This document shows, piece after piece, positions 59,555 through 64,000 of a stretch of DNA of 64,000 nt. The notes below the pieces were generated by a model. The model searched no databases. It had not been told where the DNA came from and saw only the letters and a program-made list of their open reading frames with translations. The DNA lies in NCBI GenBank assembly GCA_910584345.1, contig CAJTZX010000014.1, forward strand, positions 11-64,010, in the 5' to 3' direction. Origin of the DNA: an uncultured Eubacterium sp. (lineage in GTDB: Bacteria > Bacillota > Clostridia > Lachnospirales > Lachnospiraceae). Each line of letters opens with the position of its first letter. Positions within the stretch are counted from its first letter, which is position 1. The position numbers were made by a program, and so were the translations under genes.

Positions 59555-60289
59555 TCATATATTGAAATAAGCCTGCTGACTTTGGTATGCAATATATAAT
59601 AATATTATCATTATAATCATTGATGTCATCAACCCATACACATCTCTACTGAACATGTTTAGGAAAACAAACAAAGCTCCTATCACTATTTTCTTAGTGT
59701 CTTCTCCATGTATTTTATAAGTATTAATCCATTTTGATACAAGACTCTTATTCTTCTCCAATATTAATAAAACAGTAAAATAACAACTAAAGAACAAAAT
59801 TTCTATATAATTCAATTGAAGTGCCAACAAAGCGAAAACCACTATCACTTTTATTAATTGCCTCATGGTACAATCTTTGTTCTTTAATTTATATACAATG
59901 AAAAAAATAATTAATATGCTGATGTTTACGAATTGATTATATTGAGTCACATGTAATGGCATTTTAATATATACATTATCAAAAAGTGTATCCATAAAAA
60001 AATACATTAATGCAAACAATGCAACCTGATAGTTCAATATACGCAACAGGTTTTCAAGATTTCCTGGATTCTCAAAAATTTTATCCTTTAAGCAAACAAA
60101 TATATAATTTATGAAAAGTGAAGCCAAAACAATACTTATAAATAACGCTAAGAAAACTTCAAAATTACCAGCTGCAATTTCATCAATTCGCTTATTTCCC
60201 CATAATACCTTAATATACACCAGCCCTGAAAAAAGAAATCCCAATACAACCTGCAAAATAAATTTATTTTTGATTGTCAATTTTCTCAC
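59555..60289 (-). CDS. Polytopic membrane protein (AlbG-like by position)
   Basis: Multiple TM segments; GTG start after GGGAGG. Confidence 0.6.
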   Translation of the reverse strand: MRKLTIKNKFILQVVLGFLFSGLVYIKVLWGNKRIDEIAAGNFEVFLALFISIVLASLFINYIFVCLKDKIFENPGNLENLLRILNYQVALFALMYFFMDTLFDNVYIKMPLHVTQYNQFVNISILIIFFIVYKLKNKDCTMRQLIKVIVVFALLALQLNYIEILFFSCYFTVLLILEKNKSLVSKWINTYKIHGEDTKKIVIGALFVFLNMFSRDVYGLMTSMIIMIILLYIAYQSQQAYFNI

Positions 60290-61223
60290 ACAATTTCTCC
60301 TCCCAATTACCGGACATATAAACCTTTTCAATATCTATATTATTTACCAAATGCTGAGTTACATAGGTTACTTCATTACATAAATATTTAAACGATGTAA
60401 GCAACAAATAATAATGATGATAAGCATTGCTTTTATATTGAATAATACCTCTAATATTATTTACATCACCAAAAATTTTTACACTTATATCCTCTTTGCA
60501 TCTTTTAATCTTTATTCCGTAATCTTTCAGCATATCGCAAAATAATATTCTTAGACAATATGTTAAAATTTCTGAGTAAATATCCCTATTCATCTTAATT
60601 TCGACATAGTCAGAATCTTTTACAAACTTATAAAAAGTAATATCGTCAAACCAATGAAACTCATCTATATTCGCTTCATGTCTGTCATTTTTTATTTCTG
60701 GGATCCCAGAATTCGTAAAAACCATTGTATGATATTTAGAATAAATTCCTTTTTTTATTGTGTCTGCTCTCGCTAACTTAAAGTTTGCAATTTCTTCTCG
60801 ATTTCCAATCATCTCACTTACGTCTGCTTCATCCATTTGATTACTCAGTAATAAATGCTCTTGCGCAATCGTACCTCTTTCTATTGCGAGGGCTTCTTCC
60901 TTAAATCCTGTATCAAAAATTTTTTCCAGATTACCTTCTTTTAATTCATCTAACAGTAATTCACTCTGCAGATCAATAAAAATATACTCCGTCATACAAT
61001 CTTTTGTCTCTGCATTAAACTGGATGCCTTGTTTTTCAAGATAAGTTAAATATTTTTTATTAGCTTGTATTATCATATGCTCTATCAAATGTGCATAACC
61101 ACTTTTTTGTATCAAATCTGCAAATCCAAGCGGTATTACAAATTTAACTACTGTTACATCTGAATTCATATCAAAATAAATAATATCACCCTGATAGCGG
61201 ATATTATCCATCATATCCATCAT
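60264..61223 (-). CDS. albF: M16-family zinc peptidase (AlbF-like)
   Basis: GYAHLIEH (HxxEH), FNAET, ERGTI.QE. Confidence 0.75.
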   Translation of the reverse strand: MMDMMDNIRYQGDIIYFDMNSDVTVVKFVIPLGFADLIQKSGYAHLIEHMIIQANKKYLTYLEKQGIQFNAETKDCMTEYIFIDLQSELLLDELKEGNLEKIFDTGFKEEALAIERGTIAQEHLLLSNQMDEADVSEMIGNREEIANFKLARADTIKKGIYSKYHTMVFTNSGIPEIKNDRHEANIDEFHWFDDITFYKFVKDSDYVEIKMNRDIYSEILTYCLRILFCDMLKDYGIKIKRCKEDISVKIFGDVNNIRGIIQYKSNAYHHYYLLLTSFKYLCNEVTYVTQHLVNNIDIEKVYMSGNWEEKLCEKIDNQK

Positions 61224-62239
61224 TGTCTCACCCCCATAGCAATCGCATTCATATCTTTTATTACCAGCTTCTCGATATCTTCAAGTATAATATGATTGAT
61301 TACATTCAGCACTTCCCGCATAGTAACCTCACGTTTAATAGCATATATATAAGGCAGCAGCGCAAACATATCTCCATACTGAAATGCCACAAATTTAATA
61401 TCATCTACTAATCGTCTTTTCGCAGCTAAAAATATTTCTTCTAATATTTTTGCGCCCTTTGTCAAATCCAAAGTTCTTTTTAATAGATCATTATTATAGT
61501 TTGCCATTACACCCGTTATGAATAATCCTTTTTCCATTATAAAAGAACTAATAGCTGTATAAATTTTTCCTTCACATCTTAATGTAAAATAAATACTGTC
61601 AGCTTCATTCGTTCCATATATTTTTTCTAAAATTTTATATCCTAATAACTTTTTCAATGATCCACCAATATCACAAAAACAATAACTCCCCATAAATGAC
61701 AATTCTTGATCTTTTACATTCATATTCCGAATATCCCATTCATTTCTTATCAATAAAAAGTCACTACTACTATTAAAATGAATTCCTCGTTTAAATATCC
61801 GACTTGCTGCATCTAAAATTATTTTTGCTTGATCGTGATACTCTTCTTCAGTTAAAATTTTTTTTGGACTGCCTGCTAAATAGTCAATCATATTTCTTAT
61901 AATATCCCTGCTATTCATAAGTCGTTTCATATGCTGCTCATATTCATAATAATTCGGGATTTGAAAAAAACGTACACTCTCACTGAAAATTGTATTAATG
62001 CCCTGTGCATCAATATTTTTTCCTTTTTCAGACAACACATAAAGTACTTCACTGCTAAAATTATCTGATTTCCCTTTGGTACTCCAGGAACAAACCATAT
62101 CATTCTTAAAAAAAGTAAACTCACTTTGATATTTATTTTTCTGGACAAACAGTTTTAGAACATTTTCATCAATAGTTTCGTTTACTTCTCTTGATAGTAA
62201 TGTGCTGGTTGCTCTATCTGTCAGACTAAACATGAACAA
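61220..62239 (-). CDS. albE: Non-catalytic M16-like partner (AlbE-like)
   Basis: SIYFTLRCEGKIY resembles the M16 C-terminal R/Y motif; no HxxEH; adjacent to albF-like. Confidence 0.6.
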   Translation of the reverse strand: MFMFSLTDRATSTLLSREVNETIDENVLKLFVQKNKYQSEFTFFKNDMVCSWSTKGKSDNFSSEVLYVLSEKGKNIDAQGINTIFSESVRFFQIPNYYEYEQHMKRLMNSRDIIRNMIDYLAGSPKKILTEEEYHDQAKIILDAASRIFKRGIHFNSSSDFLLIRNEWDIRNMNVKDQELSFMGSYCFCDIGGSLKKLLGYKILEKIYGTNEADSIYFTLRCEGKIYTAISSFIMEKGLFITGVMANYNNDLLKRTLDLTKGAKILEEIFLAAKRRLVDDIKFVAFQYGDMFALLPYIYAIKREVTMREVLNVINHIILEDIEKLVIKDMNAIAMGVRQ

Positions 62240-63600
62240 AACCCTCTTTCATATACTTCTAGCATATCTTCAAGATTATTTTTCTTAATCCATTCACAAG
62301 GTTCCTCTACGTCTCTATTATGCTCTAATCCTTTAAGATAACATCCCCTACAGTTTGCATAATATTTACATTTTTTATCACAACCGTTATCTTCTCCTGG
62401 TGGCAAAATCCGAGAAATTCTTCGATAAATATCCTTTTTGAATATTTGTTCAAAATTTTCTTTAAAAATATTTCCAAATATAGTCATCTTGGGAAACAAA
62501 GCGCATGGTCTAATATTTCCATCAGCCCCTATCATAATAGAATTAACAGCTGATCCACAATTCTGTGATCCCAAAATATGCTCCTCTCCCTTGACAATAG
62601 GGATAATATCTTTATATTTTTCTATAATTCCATTCACATATTGAATATAAGCTGCTGCATCAATACTCTCTTCAATTTTATCGCCCTTTTCCATTTGCGT
62701 TCCCCGTCCAAAATCCTCCACAAAATTGAATACAAACATCTTGGCTCCTAAAGAAACAGCCAAATCTGCTAATTTATCAATTTCCCTCATATTTTCGTTA
62801 AAAATACTCGATGCAACTCTAACTGTAATACCTTCTCCAGTCATACGTTTAATATTATAACAAGATTTTTCAAACGCCCCTTTCATACCACGAAATTTGT
62901 CATGAACTTGTGGATTCGTACTATCTATGGAAACATTAATAATTATCTTGTCTTTATACTTTGCCAGCAACGCCAATACTTTGTCACTGAGTATGGTTCC
63001 ATTTGTTAAAATTGCTACCATTGCAAATTGCTTCAGGGCTAACTCTAATATTTCATACGCCTGTGGATTGACAAAAATTTCTCCTCCTGTTAGTTCTAAA
63101 TTCAGAACATGATTTTTTTTAAGTATTTTGACTAAATTCTCAAATTGATGATACGTCATCATATTTGCTTTCTCACATGATGCATCCAAATAGCAATGTT
63201 TGCAACGCAAATTACACTTTTCAGTCACTTCAATCGTTGCCATCATTGGCGAAATCAATTTTCCATCTCCGGTTATTTTCAGTTTTTCCTGCTCGATAGG
63301 TTCATTACTCAAAATAATAGTTTCTTTTTTCATTAACATTAAAATAAACTCATCCAACCACTCTTCATTCTCACGTAATGATATCCCCATTTTTTTGCAG
63401 AATTTACTTTCTAATTCATCAACCGTACTTCTACCATTTATAGCCATAACAATATCTTTTCCTGTTTTATTTATCGTAAAAAATCTATAATAACGCGAAT
63501 CTTCCTTTAAGACTTCTGACAAAAGATTATATTTTCCTTTTGTTAAATACATTAATACATTTTTAGAAATACCAACATACATCTGCTTATTTAGCTGCAT
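62221..63600 (-). CDS. albA: AlbA-like radical SAM/SPASM sactisynthase with N-terminal RRE
   Basis: About 110-aa N-terminal RRE-like region; CNLRCKHC, LTGGE, NCGSA...RPC, C...C...CRGC...C. Confidence 0.88.
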   Translation of the reverse strand: MQLNKQMYVGISKNVLMYLTKGKYNLLSEVLKEDSRYYRFFTINKTGKDIVMAINGRSTVDELESKFCKKMGISLRENEEWLDEFILMLMKKETIILSNEPIEQEKLKITGDGKLISPMMATIEVTEKCNLRCKHCYLDASCEKANMMTYHQFENLVKILKKNHVLNLELTGGEIFVNPQAYEILELALKQFAMVAILTNGTILSDKVLALLAKYKDKIIINVSIDSTNPQVHDKFRGMKGAFEKSCYNIKRMTGEGITVRVASSIFNENMREIDKLADLAVSLGAKMFVFNFVEDFGRGTQMEKGDKIEESIDAAAYIQYVNGIIEKYKDIIPIVKGEEHILGSQNCGSAVNSIMIGADGNIRPCALFPKMTIFGNIFKENFEQIFKKDIYRRISRILPPGEDNGCDKKCKYYANCRGCYLKGLEHNRDVEEPCEWIKKNNLEDMLEVYERGFCSCLV

Positions 63601-63682
63601 TACTTTCCCTCCCTAATTTCATTCGTAGTTATTGACTTTGATTTGTAAATCATATAAAATATATTTGCATATAAATTTCTTT

Positions 63683-63720
63683 TGTTTTAGACAAAAGATC
63701 AAACTCTTTTGTCTAAAACA
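63683..63720 (-). terminator. Stem-loop between the precursor and albA
   Basis: Perfect 16-bp inverted repeat tgttttagacaaaaga / tcttttgtctaaaaca. Confidence 0.75.
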
Positions 63721-63732
63721 TTTTTTATTTTT

Positions 63733-63900
63733 TTAACCAGTAATGCCATATACTCCTACTACCCCGGCTATTTCAAAATCCGGTATCGGCCCATCGGCTA
63801 AACATGCTGCTCCTACTGCACATGCTGCACAGCCTTTGTTCTCTACGATTTTTGCTTTCTCTACCTTTGTTTCTTTTACTTCTTCTCTTTCCTTTTTCAT
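63733..63900 (-). CDS. sboA: Subtilosin A-like sactipeptide precursor, 55 aa: MKKEREEVKETKVEKAKIVE-NKGCAACAVGAACLADGPIPDFEIAGVVGVYGITG
   Basis: Hand-translated; AAGGAG RBS; the 35-aa core aligns without gaps to subtilosin A. Confidence 0.93.
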   Translation of the reverse strand: MKKEREEVKETKVEKAKIVENKGCAACAVGAACLADGPIPDFEIAGVVGVYGITG

Positions 63901-63949
63901 TTCTTTTTCTCCTTTTCCTTCTCTTTTTTCTTTTTTTCTTTTCTCTTCC

Positions 63950-64000
63950 TTAACCTGTTATGCCATATACTCCTACTACCCCGGCTATTTCAAAATCCGG
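63950..64000 (-). CDS. sboA: Second tandem subtilosin-like precursor copy (3' end only: PDFEIAGVVGVYGITG*)
   Basis: Near-identical DNA repeat of 63733-63783 with only synonymous changes; truncated by the window edge. Confidence 0.88.
   Translation of the reverse strand, partial: PDFEIAGVVGVYGITG

Noticed and set aside
63901..63949. Polypurine/polypyrimidine tract as a separate element
   Set aside because: It is the A/G-rich spacer and RBS between the tandem precursor genes

Overview
Window from a low-GC Gram-positive spore former. Gene content, sporulation-type promoters and palindromic repeats suggest Clostridia, probably Lachnospiraceae (inference). 1-11.1 kb: tRNA-Gly and tRNA-Pro plus housekeeping genes (metallophosphoesterase, rdgB, amidase, C1A peptidase, RNA methyltransferase, rhodanese, nudC, tmk, O-antigen-ligase-like), and a small Asn/Ala/Ser-repeat gene behind a sigG-like promoter. 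The rest is mostly accessory and antagonism-related. (i) 11.2-17.8 kb: an AT-rich radical-SAM RiPP cluster with a 49-aa CX3CX3CX3C precursor missing from the ORF track and two rSAM/SPASM enzymes. (ii) A GH5 mannanase and a decayed PIN toxin-antitoxin pair. (iii) 20.9-39.3 kb: a T6SS/contractile-injection-like locus in a monoderm. It has putative sheath and tube, FHA and degenerate PP2C proteins, baseplate-like proteins, an Hsp70-fold ATPase, PAAR-like DUF4280, an adaptor, VgrG, a Hint-HNH toxin and SMI1/KNR4 immunity. (iv) A two-component system plus ABC transporter. (v) 45-52.5 kb: a second RiPP cluster with a 49-aa precursor missing from the ORF track, three rSAM/SPASM enzymes, an S8 peptidase, an exporter and a neighbouring Zn-phospholipase C. 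(vi) An ABC transporter plus a LytTR/GHKL system. (vii) 57.5-64 kb: a subtilosin-A-like (sbo-alb) cluster with at least two tandem precursor copies, cut by the window end. All calls come from motif reading; no searches were run.
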